Shown: positions 18,754-30,552, counted from the stretch's first letter. The stretch is 64,000 bases of DNA from Candidatus Bathyarchaeota archaeon (GCA_963706285.1 CAVPLU010000003.1:64001-128000), one strand, 5' to 3'. Numbers and translations: made by a program. The notes: a model not told the origin generated them from the sequence alone.

Positions 18754-20648
18754 TTATGGCGCCATAGGTCTAAAGGTAGGCATTGAAATTCACAGGCAGC
18801 TAGATACTGAAAAGAAATTGTTTTGCGATTGTCCGACGACGATGTCAGAGGAGCCACCCTCGGTTAGTTTCTTGAGAAGACTGCGCCCAACGCAGAGCGA
18901 ATTGGGTCAAGTCGATCCTGCGGCACTTTTCGAGTTCCAGAAGGGCCGAGCGGTGATCTACGAATCTGATGATCGTACATCATGTCTTGTTGAGATGGAT
19001 GAGGAACCGCCGAAGGATCTTAACCCTGAGGCTGTGGAAATATCGCTCGCCGCATCGATTCTGATGCATGTGAAGCCGGTCGACGAGATCCACGTCATGA
19101 GGAAGATTGTGATCGACGGGTCGAATACCACTGGATTCCAGAGAACTTGCGTAGTGGCACTGAACGGTTTAGTCGTGGTGGACGGAAAGAAAATCCCGAT
19201 TCAGCAAATATCCCTTGAGGAGGACGCTGCACGGAAAACCGGAGAATCGGGGCTCACGGTGAACTACAGAATAGACCGCCTTGGGATCCCTCTAATCGAG
19301 GTTTCCACTGGGCCCGCGATCGCATCGCCCGAAGAGACAGAACGAGTCGCCAAAACAATCGGAGACATTCTCAGGGACACTGGCCGAGTTAAGCGGGGGC
19401 TAGGCACGGTGAGGCAGGATCTCAATGTCTCAATTCGAGACGGAGCCCTGATTGAGATAAAGGGTGTTCAAGAACTTGACTTGCTCTCCAAAGCTGTCAG
19501 CTATGAGGTGTCCAGGCAACTAGAACTGTTGGGGATCAAGGATGAGCTGACCTCGCGCGGAATCAAGGCAAATCATCTTGTTGACAAATTCATTGATGTG
19601 TCAGCGATCTTTTCGCAGACCAAGTCGAAGCGGATTCGTGAAGCTCTCGAGTCGGGAGGCATCGCGCTTGCCGTGAAACTTCCGAGCTTCAATGGCCTAT
19701 TAGGCAGAGAACTCGCACCCGGTCTTCGCCTCGGCACCGAGATGGCAAGCAGAGCGAAGTTTTGGGGAAGGGTTGGAGGGATCTTTCATACGGATGAGCT
19801 TCCAGCGTACGGCATATCGGAAGAGGAAGTCCTCTCAATGAGGAGAACTCTAGATTGCGGGGAGCATGACGCGGCAGTCTTGGTTGCCGATCGCAAAGAC
19901 AAAGCATGGGATGCTCTCACAGCAGTTGTCGAGAGAGCGCGTGAAGCACTGATAGGTGTCCCAACTGAGACTCGGACAGCAGTCGCGGACGGAACGACAC
20001 GGTACATGCGCCCGCGTCCGGGCGCGTCCAGGATGTACCCTGAAACGGACGTGCCTCCGGTACCAGTTACGCAGGACCAACTTGCGGGGATTCAAGCGAA
20101 GACTGCCTCCACCACGGGAGACGATCACGCAAGAGTTGCTGACAAAATACCAGTTGAATAGCAAACTCGCGAATCAGCTGATCGAATCCGACTACCTAGA
20201 TGTGTTCCGGCGCGTATGCTCGAAAGAGGGGATTGCACCAAGCTTCGTGGCGACAGTCCTAACTGAGAATCTCAAGAACCTCAGCCGAGAGGGTATTCCA
20301 GTCGACAAATTGACGTCCAGTCACTTGGAGTCCGTCTTTTCCGCTGTCCTTGCGGGAACAGTGGCGAAGGAGGCAGCACCCTCAATCCTAGCTTGGCTTT
20401 CGAAGAACAACAGAAGTAGCGTCGATGATGCGATTCGAGAACTCGGGATGCGGATGCTTTCTGAAAGTGAGCTCTTGAGCAATCGTAGATAGGATCATTG
20501 GTGCTAATACTAATCTGATCAAAGAGAAAGGCGAGGGTGCCTATGGGAAGATCATGGGACTAGTTATGAGTGAAGTCCGAGGCTCAGCAGATCCAGCTGC
20601 AGTCACCAGACTAGTCAAGATTGGAATCGGAGAGAAGACATCGGTAGT
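18737..20648 (+). CDS. gatE: Glu-tRNA(Gln) amidotransferase subunit E, with frameshifts at ~20090, ~20480 and probably ~20620; 3' end approximate
   Basis: GLKVGIEIHRQL, RKIVIDGSNTTGFQRT, MRPRPGASRMYPETD, MGLVMSEVRG. Confidence 0.92.
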
Positions 20649-20657
20649 CTTCTTCCG

Positions 20658-21031
20658 CTACTTCCAGAGTATCTCCTCATCTTTGATTACATTGTACTTG
20701 AGTCGTTGGAACCGTTCTATATCGTGCTGTAGGAATAGTGTCAGCGCTGTCTCAGTGAATGCTTCTTGGAAAGGTTGCCCGCAGACGCTGCAGACTTTTT
20801 CAGACATATTGTTTGTCAATTGGAGGGCATAGAATCCATTAGTGAGGATGGCCACCCCGACTTGGCTGTCGTCTGGGTGATTGTCAATGTTTGAGCATTC
20901 GAATACCATCCAAGTATTCCATCTTTCTTCGCCCAAGAACTCCAACCTTCAGATCTCATTATGCCCATGATGAATCGATAATAATACTTACGCAAAAGGC
21001 AGAACTTCTCGAAGTAGCGTGACTGATTCAT
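20658..21031 (-). CDS. Hypothetical protein with Cys/His and CxxC motifs (frameshifted ~20945)
   Basis: ORFs 20816-21031 and 20658-20945 abut; ATGA overlap with the upstream regulator. Confidence 0.55.
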
Positions 21032-21966
21032 TCTAGGAACTCGACGTCGTCGATCACGCCGTCTTGATTTGCGTCAACCCCCGATACCACACGTGCAACC
21101 ACTTCTCGGTTGAACACATTCCCGGAAGCGATATCTTCCGTGTATTTCACGAAGGCCATGATCGCGGCCTGGGTTCCTGCAGTCTCATTACCCGCAAGAA
21201 CAATTACCCTCGAGTCAGGATTCATTGGATTTCTGATCATCTGAACTGCTGCGTCTTGAGGTTCGGCGTACGTGCGCTCTGAAATGGTGGACATTAATAC
21301 ATCTGTGCCGGTCAACTCATAGGTAATCGGAAGAAACTCATTCATCATCATGGCAATCGTGTTCACCCTGGGACTTCCAACCAGGATCAGGTTGCCTAAG
21401 ATCTGTTGTTGAGTGAGCTCCGTGTCTAGTCTGACTACGTTCGTTCTGGCGAGCGGAAGGAGAGATCCTAAGAAGAAAGCAAGGTAAGACGCGTGATAGC
21501 CACCCAAATCCCTTTCTCTAAACATCCCGTGTTGATCAGGGCTTCCTACCACGACATGTCCATTGAAGACGCCATTGACAACAAATGGTGCGAGCAGCTT
21601 TGTGCTGGCTTCGGAAAGGGTCGTCTCCTCGACTTCAGAGTTTGACTTTTCGATCTTGGATGCAATCACCGCGATAGCTGCGTGTTCGGCTCGATAGTAT
21701 TTCGCGACTGCTCCTCGGCGTCGCTCCCGTCTTTGCAGCCGGATGAACCCCGCTTTCTCCAGCTCTTTTATGTGGTAGCAGACTACTTGTTGACTGGCAT
21801 TCAGTTTCTTTGATAGTTCACGTGCGCATTGATCAACTGTCGCTAGCTCTTGGAGGATCTTCCAGCGCATTGGCTGAAGGAGCGCCTGGGCAGGAGCGGG
21901 ATCCTCGAAGACCTTGACTGGAATAGGTTCTCCGATTCGTCTGTCTTTGAGCACTAGGTAGGGCAT
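21028..21966 (-). CDS. ArsR-type HTH regulator fused to a C-terminal S-layer-C-like alpha/beta domain
   Basis: PMRWKILQEL...YHIKELEKAGFI...RGAVAKYY; VVGSPDQHG, NLILVGSPRVN, VLAG...GT.AA. Confidence 0.8.
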   Translation of the reverse strand: MPYLVLKDRRIGEPIPVKVFEDPAPAQALLQPMRWKILQELATVDQCARELSKKLNASQQVVCYHIKELEKAGFIRLQRRERRRGAVAKYYRAEHAAIAVIASKIEKSNSEVEETTLSEASTKLLAPFVVNGVFNGHVVVGSPDQHGMFRERDLGGYHASYLAFFLGSLLPLARTNVVRLDTELTQQQILGNLILVGSPRVNTIAMMMNEFLPITYELTGTDVLMSTISERTYAEPQDAAVQMIRNPMNPDSRVIVLAGNETAGTQAAIMAFVKYTEDIASGNVFNREVVARVVSGVDANQDGVIDDVEFLE

Positions 21967-22160
21967 CTAAACCAATCAAAAGGTTCATGCTCGATTACTA
22001 AAGTCGTTTCTTATCGCCTTCTTTGATAGTTAGATGGGGGTTTGTGGGGTTATGGGCGGGTTCATGGCAAGGCAGTTCCGTGAGCCAATTCCCTATGTAT
22101 TTGCCGTTTCTGTGGGATTTTTGCCCTCTTCTTTGGGGCTATTAAGGCAGGTTCGCTTGC

Positions 22161-22210
22161 AGTTCTGTTTGTGCTTCTATTCTCTCGTCAACTATGAATG
22201 GTATTGATTC
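22161..22210. repeat. Dispersed intergenic repeat, copy A
   Basis: GTGCTTCTATTCTCTCGTCAACTATGAATGGTATTG; similar sequences at 28108, 54733 and 39995. Confidence 0.65.
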
Positions 22211-22233
22211 CGTTGCGTGATAAGAGGGTTCAG

Positions 22234-22252
22234 CGCTGGGAGAGGGATTTGA
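22234..22252 (-). other. tRNA 3'-end-like fragment (possible att-site remnant)
   Basis: Minus strand reads TCAAATCCCTCTCCCAGCG = T-loop, T-stem 3' strand, acceptor strand and G discriminator. Confidence 0.4.
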
Positions 22253-22365
22253 CACGAAGGTTCAACATAGGTTATCCATGCGTTGGAAATGCTTGGTTGA
22301 GACGGCTATCATGACTCGTCCAGTACCGTAGCCTATCATTCGTTCGAAATGTTGCATCCTGATGC

Positions 22366-22965
22366 CTATGCTCCGCTGACCACGGAAGGTCCTGAAAGAC
22401 TCCCATTCTCGGAGAATACGACCAAGATCGCGGTCAGTGGTAGAATGAAGACGGCATTGTATGCAAGAAGGTAAGGAATTCTGAGCGGCGAGCCGGATAT
22501 GAGAGATAGGAAGGTCATGTAGACACCGCCCGTGCAGGCGCAAGGAAAGTTGTGAAATCCTATCAGAATGCCCGCTGCGAAAACCGCGGGAACTCCGCCA
22601 GCCTTCATGAAACGCACAGCTCTTGAGCTAAGCGCATGCGAGACAGACCCCATCATGAGTGGGATCGCATGTGGCCGAAAATAGTTGACAATGTTAGCGA
22701 CGCCAATCGCAAGCATTCCAGCAGCGGCGATCCTTGCGAGAAAATGCGGTACAGAAGGAAGCGTGATGAAGAGCAACGTGACCCCAAGTCCCACCATCAC
22801 ATAGGAGAGAAAGACGCTCCCTATGTAGACCGCGCCGTAGCCCAAGATCGTGTTGCGGTCAGTTTGAGTCGTGTACATTAGGCTTAGGAACAATCCAAGC
22901 AGGCCGAGAGAGCAGATATTCAGTCCGTCAATCAGGCCTAGCGAGATTAGCGGAAGAGGATTCAA
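22366..22965 (-). CDS. CcdA/DsbD-like cytochrome c biogenesis transmembrane protein (C-terminus possibly frameshifted)
   Basis: GLIDGLNICS and FPCACTGGVY...YLLAYNAVFILPL motifs. Confidence 0.8.
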   Translation of the reverse strand: MNPLPLISLGLIDGLNICSLGLLGLFLSLMYTTQTDRNTILGYGAVYIGSVFLSYVMVGLGVTLLFITLPSVPHFLARIAAAGMLAIGVANIVNYFRPHAIPLMMGSVSHALSSRAVRFMKAGGVPAVFAAGILIGFHNFPCACTGGVYMTFLSLISGSPLRIPYLLAYNAVFILPLTAILVVFSENGSLSGPSVVSGA

Positions 22966-22971
22966 AATGAG

Positions 22972-23236
22972 CTATCCTCTGATGACCTTCACATTTCCGT
23001 CGCCAAGTAAGCTGTATTGTAACATGGTCTCCTGTGGCGAGGCACGCTTGATTCGACATGTCATGTGAGTAGTTGAAGTGAAGTTCAGTTCCATCGGAGC
23101 CCGTGATTATGGCGATGCAGTTTGTCAGACCATGCTCAACAGGCTTACAGTTGGTATCAGCCTTGACAATTCCTTTCGCGGCCCCAGTGAAGTGAGCATT
23201 CACGATGCTGCCGAAAAACGCGTCTTCCGCAGACAC
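22972..23236 (-). CDS. Small Cys/His/Met-containing beta protein (frameshifted, N-terminus unclear)
   Basis: DTNCKP..GLTNCIA...YSHDMSNQACLATGD; shifted tail LLGDGNVKVIRG* ends at 22972. Confidence 0.55.
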
Positions 23237-23456
23237 TGATCAAATGCTTGCACGATGCGGCTATTCAAGTGCGGAAGTCAGAGACAAGGCCACTACTCCT
23301 TTGTCCGCTCGTTTGGATTAGGGAAAAATTACTATGGTGATCCCATCATCTCCTACGACCGAGAACCACAATGGGATTATCCCCAGAGTACCGAGCATAA
23401 TCATCAAGGCTTCCCACCGGAATAATCAATCATCTGATGAAGTCCTGTGCACGCGA

Positions 23457-24418
23457 CTACAGTGTCGATGAGTTTTCGGGTTGACGGGGTGGTGCGTCTT
23501 GGAACATTGCTGTGCTTATGTACCTCTCACCCGTGTCGGGTAACACTACAACGATTAGCTTCCCTGCGTTCTCAGGTCTCCTCGCCACTTCGACTGCGGC
23601 AAACGTTGCTGCGCCGGAGGAGATGCCTGCGAGAATACCCTCTTCGCTCACCAAGCGTCGAGCCATATCTATTGCTTCTTCGTTTCTGACCTTGAACACT
23701 TCATCGACCAAGTCACGTTTGAGCACGTCTGGTACGAAACCGGCTCCGATTCCCTGTATCTTATGTGGCCCGGGGGTCCCGCCCGACAGAACTGGTGAGT
23801 CGTATGGTTCTGACGGCAACTATCTTGAAGCTGGGCTTGCGTGTCTTTATCACTTCTCCAACGCCGGTGACGGTTCCTCCGGTTCCTACGCCTGCAACAA
23901 GCATGTCTGCTCTGCCATCGGTGTCATCCCATATTTCCAAAGCCGTTGTCTCTCGATGGACTTTCGGGTTTGCCAGGTTCTTGAACTGCTGTGGCACAAA
24001 GGAATTAGCCGTTGAAGCGGCGAGATCTTCTGCCTTTTTCACAGCACCCTTCATGCCTTCCTTTCCAGGAGTAAGCACGAGTTCTGCGCCAAAGGCCTTG
24101 AGTAGAGCTCTTCTTTCGAGACTCATTGTATCTGGCATGGTCAGGATCATTCGATACCCTTTGCACGGCTGCAACCATGGCTAATCCAATGCCAGTGTTC
24201 CCGCTCGTCGGTTCGATTATGACCGAGTCACGTTTGATCAAGCCTCTCTGCTCGGCCTCATGGATCATGCTCCAGCAAATTCTGTCTTTCACACTGCCAC
24301 CAGGGTTTCTGGACTCAAGCTTTGCCAACACGTCAGCTTCGCATCCCTTCACGACCCTGTTCAGTCTGACCAGCGGCGTTTTCCCAATGGTCTCGATTAC
24401 GTTCTCGTACACTTTCAC
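23457..24418 (-). CDS. cysK: Cysteine synthase A (two apparent frameshifts)
   Basis: [54 protein letters not shown] in three frames. Confidence 0.93.
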
Positions 24419-24433
24419 TGGCTATCTCTCCGG

Positions 24434-24482
24434 TATAACGCCGTTATGTCCGCGACCAGTATATCAATATAACGCCGTTATA
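24434..24482. promoter_or_regulatory. Two identical palindromic operators ATAACGCCGTTAT flanking the cysK TATA box
   Basis: Copies at 24435-24447 and 24469-24481; minus-strand TTGATATA lies between them. Confidence 0.75.
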
Positions 24483-24593
24483 ATCCTCCGAACGACCAAG
24501 ATTCAACTAAGCGACGCTCTCGAGCACAGCCTCTAAGAATGATTGTTTTCGCTAATTCTGAACCTCGTCACAGAATTAGAAAGACAAACGCTG

Positions 24594-25064
24594 CTAAGAG
24601 AACTCCGCACGTAGATTGGAACGACGTTGAACGTACATTCGATTCAGGCATACAGCAATTCCCGATTCTTGTCCAGCGAACTCGCCGACGAAGATAGTCT
24701 GAGGCACCCAAGATGGGATGGAGCGCGTCTTCATCAGTCCGGCCCTGTTTAGCTGATCCCCCATTTGCAGACATAGCTCGCACGTCATTTTCGCGAGGTA
24801 TGTAGATGAGATATTTCCTTTTGAAATCTTGGCCGCCATCTTCTTTGCGGCAGTCTCAATCTTGCGGGAGGAAGAAAGAGGCAGTAGTTGTTTCTTTCCT
24901 CTCTTGGAATGTAGATACTGGCTTACAGCAGGCTGGGTAATGCCCAGTCTCTTTGCCACTACTGCTTCCGGCAAACCATACCTGTTCACCAGCTCCTTAG
25001 TGACTACTGATCGTACCGTCGGCAAAATATATCGAACCATTGCCTCGCAGCGCAACTGGACCAC
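24594..25064 (-). CDS. COG2522-type HTH transcriptional regulator with C-terminal extension
   Basis: CE..VRYILP.VRS.V.KEL...VAKRLGITQPAVSQYL..KRG and CELC motif. Confidence 0.85.
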   Translation of the reverse strand: MVQLRCEAMVRYILPTVRSVVTKELVNRYGLPEAVVAKRLGITQPAVSQYLHSKRGKKQLLPLSSSRKIETAAKKMAAKISKGNISSTYLAKMTCELCLQMGDQLNRAGLMKTRSIPSWVPQTIFVGEFAGQESGIAVCLNRMYVQRRSNLRAEFS

Positions 25065-25346
25065 ATTTCACGGACGTAACTGATTAGGCGCGAATAAAGT
25101 TCCCTATCCTGTGACATGAAACACGCTCGTCCCAAACTCGAAAGGGTCTGATTCCGATTCGGAAGCGAAATGCGCAGCGATTTCTGCGAGCAGATCGCAC
25201 CCGGCAAAATGTCCTTGTTGTTCCACGTATGGACCTAGGTAATTAGAACGATCCACAAGTACTGATTTGGGTTCAGGTTCATGCGATTCCTATTGGAATA
25301 GTCGAAGCACGAAGACATTAATAGCGCGACGGTTATCGCGTGCGAC

Positions 25347-26682
<1,336 letters not shown>

Positions 26683-26782
26683 AGAACCGACCATTTTCCA
26701 TCGCAAAGGTGCTAACACGAGGATCGGTATCGTGTTGCAGAGTGCGAGCAAGATCTAGAACGCATCTATCGAGATGAAGGTT

Positions 26783-27699
26783 ATGCCAATCAAAATACCA
26801 GACAATCTTCCAGCGGCAAAAGTCTTGAACAATGAGAACATATTTGTCATGTTTGAGGACCGAGCCTACCATCAAGACATTCGACCTTGAACATAGCTAT
26901 TCTGAATCTTATGCCCACAAAAATAACCACGGAAACTCAGATACTACGATTGCTTGGAAACTCCCCTCTTCAGGTGGACACAGTTCTGTTGCACCCAAAG
27001 AATCACAATTCCAAGAATACTCCCGGAGAACATTTGACGACTTTCTACAGATATTTCGAAGACATCAAGAACCAGAAGTTTGATGGAATGATCATAACTG
27101 GCGCACCTGTGGAGCACCTTGAGTTTAAAGAAGTGGACTACTGGGATGAACTTGAAGAAATCATGGATTGGTCCGTCCATAATGTTTTTTCCACGTTTTA
27201 CATGTGCTGGGGTGCCCAGGCTGGACTGTATCATCACTACGGAATACCAAAGTATCCTTTGAAAGAAAAGATGTTTGGAGTATTTCCCCATTCTGTGAAT
27301 AAGAAGAATGTCAAATTATTCAGGGGCTTTGACGACGTATTCTACGTTCCTCACTCGCGTCATACGGAGATCCGAAGAAGCGACATAGAAAAGGTTGCAG
27401 ACCTCCAAATACTTTCGGAGTCAGAGGAGGCCGGAGTGTACATTGTTGCAAGCAAGGACGAAAGAAAAATATTTGTGACTGGGCACTCCGAGTATGATGC
27501 GCTGACGCTAAAATCCGAATATGATCGTGATACCGCAAAAGGACTTGACATAAAAGTACCCAAGAACTACTATCCGGACGATGATCCGAATTCACAACCT
27601 ATAGTGAAATGGCGAAGCCACGCCAACCTTCTATTCTCAAACTGGCTCAACTACTACGTGTACCAAGAGACTCCTTACGACCCGAACGAGATAAGGTGA
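26783..27699 (+). CDS. metA: Homoserine O-acyltransferase, MetA family, predicted acetyltransferase (frameshift ~26885)
   Basis: [11 protein letters not shown]...[23 protein letters not shown] (Glu indicates acetyl-CoA specificity), CWGAQA, HSRHT, GHSEYD. Confidence 0.92.
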
Positions 27700-27736
27700 T
27701 TTGCATAAGCACCCAACCGATAGGATTGTAGGGTCC

Positions 27737-27991
27737 TCACTCTGACCTTTCTTTGATGTGTTTCTCGAGTTCCATGAGTCTCTTGTGCTGTGCGAAGATC
27801 ATCGATAGAAGCAAGGGGACTTCCTTGATTGGGGAGGCCATGGTTCCAGCGTATGAGGCATAGAGTCTACATTGTGCAGTCAGGTCATCGAATACGACGC
27901 GTTCTTCTGGTCTGAGGAATTGCTTGAATCCTGCCAGTCTTGTGAGTTCTTCGTTGAGGACGATTCTCCACGACGGTATCGTTCTACCCAT
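27737..27991 (-). CDS. Small archaeal helical protein (arCOG07300-like, usually PolB2-associated)
   Basis: MGRTIPSWR...F...LRPEER.VFD.L...LLLSM pattern. Confidence 0.7.
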   Translation of the reverse strand: MGRTIPSWRIVLNEELTRLAGFKQFLRPEERVVFDDLTAQCRLYASYAGTMASPIKEVPLLLSMIFAQHKRLMELEKHIKERSE

Positions 27992-28107
27992 TTCACTCTC
28001 ACATTGCTCGCGAGAGCGATCGGCGTGGATAAGATATCGGAGGAACGACGTGGCGAGAGTGAGGCTCGTAACTGAAGCTGAACTCTACGAGCTCTGACAC
28101 GTTCGAC

Positions 28108-28158
28108 TAGGTCTCTCCTTACGTGTCTATTCTCTCATCGGCTATCAGTGGTATGTAT
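28108..28158. repeat. Dispersed intergenic repeat, copy B
   Basis: TAGGTCTCTCCTTACGTGTCTATTCTCTCATCGGCTATCAGTGGTAT aligns without gaps to copy C. Confidence 0.6.
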
Positions 28159-28363
28159 CTCGTTAGCGGCTATGGCGTCACTTGAATCCGAGGATCCGTA
28201 TGAGCTGGTTGAACGTCGGCCACCCGGCAACATCCAGATCATGATTCCATACTGGATCTACTATCGCGTCAGCAGCTTCCTAACCGCAAGCCTGAGCTCA
28301 ACAAGAACAGAAGAATACTTGATCTCAATTCTGGAAGGCCACGTTAGGAGACTTAGCCTGTGA
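28148..28363 (+). CDS. Small hypothetical protein
   Basis: 71-aa ORF, GTGA overlap with the next ORF; true start may be an internal ATG. Confidence 0.4.
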   Translation: MVCISLAAMASLESEDPYELVERRPPGNIQIMIPYWIYYRVSSFLTASLSSTRTEEYLISILEGHVRRLSL

Positions 28364-28524
28364 ACGATTACGCGCATGGCGCTCTTGAGGCGTTGGCTTG
28401 GGTGCTCAACCTTCTCGAGGACACGAACGACACGGCACGTATCAGACGCCAAGTTGAAGGCGCCAGTGACGATCTGCTGGCGGGAGTCTCAGTGAACTTT
28501 CGGCAACGACTCAAGACACGTTAG
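28360..28524 (+). CDS. 54-aa hypothetical protein (missing from the ORF track)
   Basis: AGGAGA SD then GTG; VNDYAHGALEALAWVLNLLEDTNDTARIRRQVEGASDDLLAGVSVNFRQRLKTR. Confidence 0.6.
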   Translation: MNDYAHGALEALAWVLNLLEDTNDTARIRRQVEGASDDLLAGVSVNFRQRLKTR

Positions 28525-28596
28525 ACTTGCTATGCTTCGCTTCTCTTACGAACTCGGGCCCGCCGAGCCAGCCTGTCGCTGGTTAGCCGAAGAATC

Positions 28597-28612
28597 TACC
28601 CAATATTGGGTA
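28597..28612. promoter_or_regulatory. Perfect 16-bp palindrome upstream of an ECF S-component gene
   Basis: TACCCAATATTGGGTA. Confidence 0.55.
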
Positions 28613-28640
28613 AATACGCTCTTTCGCGTAAGTCTTATCA

Positions 28641-29225
28641 ATGAAACCCTCGTATTGCCGCGACGAACATATCATGGGACTCCACACGGCCACTAAGGGC
28701 AGGCAAGTTGCATTTGTTGCTTCAATGGGTGCTTTGGGCAATGTCCTGGCCCTGCTGACGGTGTCAATTCCAACACCAATCAGCCAAGTAGCTCCTGATC
28801 TGTCACATGTCGCCACACTCATCGTCGCACTGTACTCTGGACCGGTGCTCGGGGGAATCACAGGTGCGCTGGTCAGTATCGTTCCGTTCTATCGATTCGG
28901 AGTTGCTGGATGGTTCGGCCCGCTTGTGGGCTTTCTCATCATTCCTCTGAAATCACTAACCGGAATAACTGCCGGGATTCTTGGCAAGAGACTGCGGCCA
29001 GGTGCTGCTACCTTGCTTGGATACGTGCCCGAATGTGTTTCCACATATCTGTACTTCATGCTGGTGGTGCCCTTTTTCCTTCCTGCAGTCGCGCAATATG
29101 TTACACAGGGGTTCGTCGTTCTTGTTCTCGCAAAAGCTTGGGTGGAACTGGGCATAATAGCCATAATAATGGAGGCTATTCGGCGGCGTGATATTGTCGG
29201 TCGCATACTTGGAAAGACTGGCTAG
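28641..29225 (+). CDS. ECF-transporter S component
   Basis: VAFVASMGAL...PDLSHVATLIVALYSGPVLGGITG; about 6 TM; true start may be ATG ~28674. Confidence 0.78.
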   Translation: MKPSYCRDEHIMGLHTATKGRQVAFVASMGALGNVLALLTVSIPTPISQVAPDLSHVATLIVALYSGPVLGGITGALVSIVPFYRFGVAGWFGPLVGFLIIPLKSLTGITAGILGKRLRPGAATLLGYVPECVSTYLYFMLVVPFFLPAVAQYVTQGFVVLVLAKAWVELGIIAIIMEAIRRRDIVGRILGKTG

Positions 29226-29303
29226 CAGTCGATTTCATTTCTCTGCGAGCGAATCGGTAGTTCCTATCGAAGTCAGCGGTGCGTCTCCAATGAGTCGAAC
29301 TCA

Positions 29304-30317
29304 TCAGGATCTTCGTGGCATGCGGTCGATGAGATCTTCGCTTGATGGGCCCGTGCCGATCAATGACACAGGTATGCCAATGGCTTTCTCTATGTTGCTA
29401 ACGAAGTCCTTGGCTTCGGGTGGAAGATCTTCGAACTTCCTACGTCCGACTGCGTCGGGGAATGCCACGTCTATCTTGGTGATTGCCGCCTGTGTCGCGC
29501 CGTTTAGAAGAACTGCTCTCTTTGCCAAGTCGTAATCGAAGGGAGCCGCTCTCCGAAGCCGACCGGTGACCGTGCCGAATTCTTGCCACCCCCTTCTTCG
29601 GGTCTCCTCCTCGCTGAGCTGTCCCGCAAGAGGTCCTTCGCCAACTCTGGTAACAAATGCTTTGAAGACCACAATGACGTCGTCTATTTTGGTCGGTCCG
29701 ATGCCAACATCCGAGCAGATCGCCGAGGCACAGACGTCCTTGCTTGTGCAAAATGGGTAGGTTCCGTGGAACAGTGATAGGAACGTGCCTTGTGATCCTT
29801 CAAGCAGGACATGACGTTTATCCTCCAATGCCTTGTTAATCTCTCCCGAAACATCGGCTAGGAAGCCAGACAGCTCCGGGGCATCCTTCGCCAGTTTAGC
29901 TGATCTGAATATGCGGTCAGCATTGCAGGCGCCAACACCGCTCTTCGTGATGCCTATCTTTTTCACGAGATATTCCGATTTGCTTTCCTCATCGATGTGT
30001 CTTTGCTCAATTATCGCACATTGACGATCAATGCCGATTCGGTTTCTTGTTTCGGTAACTTCAATTTCCTTCAGAAGGACGCTTGGATTCACAAGCACAC
30101 CCGGACCAATCAGGAGACGTGATTCCTTAGAAACGAAACCGCTAGGAATCATCCTCAACGAGTACGTTTTCCCCTGAACCTGCACGGTATGTCCAGCGTT
30201 GGGCCCTACACCGCCTCGAGCTACAATGGCTGGGCGGTCTCTAAGCGCCAAGTATGCAGTGAGTTTCCCCTTGCCTTCGTCTCCAAAGAAACCGCCTACG
30301 ACAACCGTGCATGTCAC
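29304..30317 (-). CDS. purA: Adenylosuccinate synthetase (short archaeal type)
   Basis: GGFFGDEGKGK, GPNAGHTV, EGSQG, EFGTVTGRLRR. Confidence 0.96.
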   Translation of the reverse strand: MTCTVVVGGFFGDEGKGKLTAYLALRDRPAIVARGGVGPNAGHTVQVQGKTYSLRMIPSGFVSKESRLLIGPGVLVNPSVLLKEIEVTETRNRIGIDRQCAIIEQRHIDEESKSEYLVKKIGITKSGVGACNADRIFRSAKLAKDAPELSGFLADVSGEINKALEDKRHVLLEGSQGTFLSLFHGTYPFCTSKDVCASAICSDVGIGPTKIDDVIVVFKAFVTRVGEGPLAGQLSEEETRRRGWQEFGTVTGRLRRAAPFDYDLAKRAVLLNGATQAAITKIDVAFPDAVGRRKFEDLPPEAKDFVSNIEKAIGIPVSLIGTGPSSEDLIDRMPRRS

Positions 30318-30408
30318 GTGTGTTCCCAACCAAGGGCGAGGAACATCGTTCTTAAGCCTTTATCGAACCGCTCGGAACGTCACGTCCACAATCATGTTTC
30401 CAATTAGG

Positions 30409-30446
30409 TTCGATGGGCGAACAGGATATTCAGTTCGCCCGTCGAA
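30409..30446. other. 14-bp stem hairpin between the wHTH gene and the purA promoter
   Basis: TTCGATGGGCGAAC-10 nt-GTTCGCCCGTCGAA. Confidence 0.6.
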
Positions 30447-30552
30447 AGTCCTCAACGCGCCGGCTGAGAGCGCTCAGACACTTGTTTCTCATCATCAACG
30501 CAGCGTTGGACATCCAAGAGTCTAAAGGTTTTCCCAGCCATCGGTCCCTACG

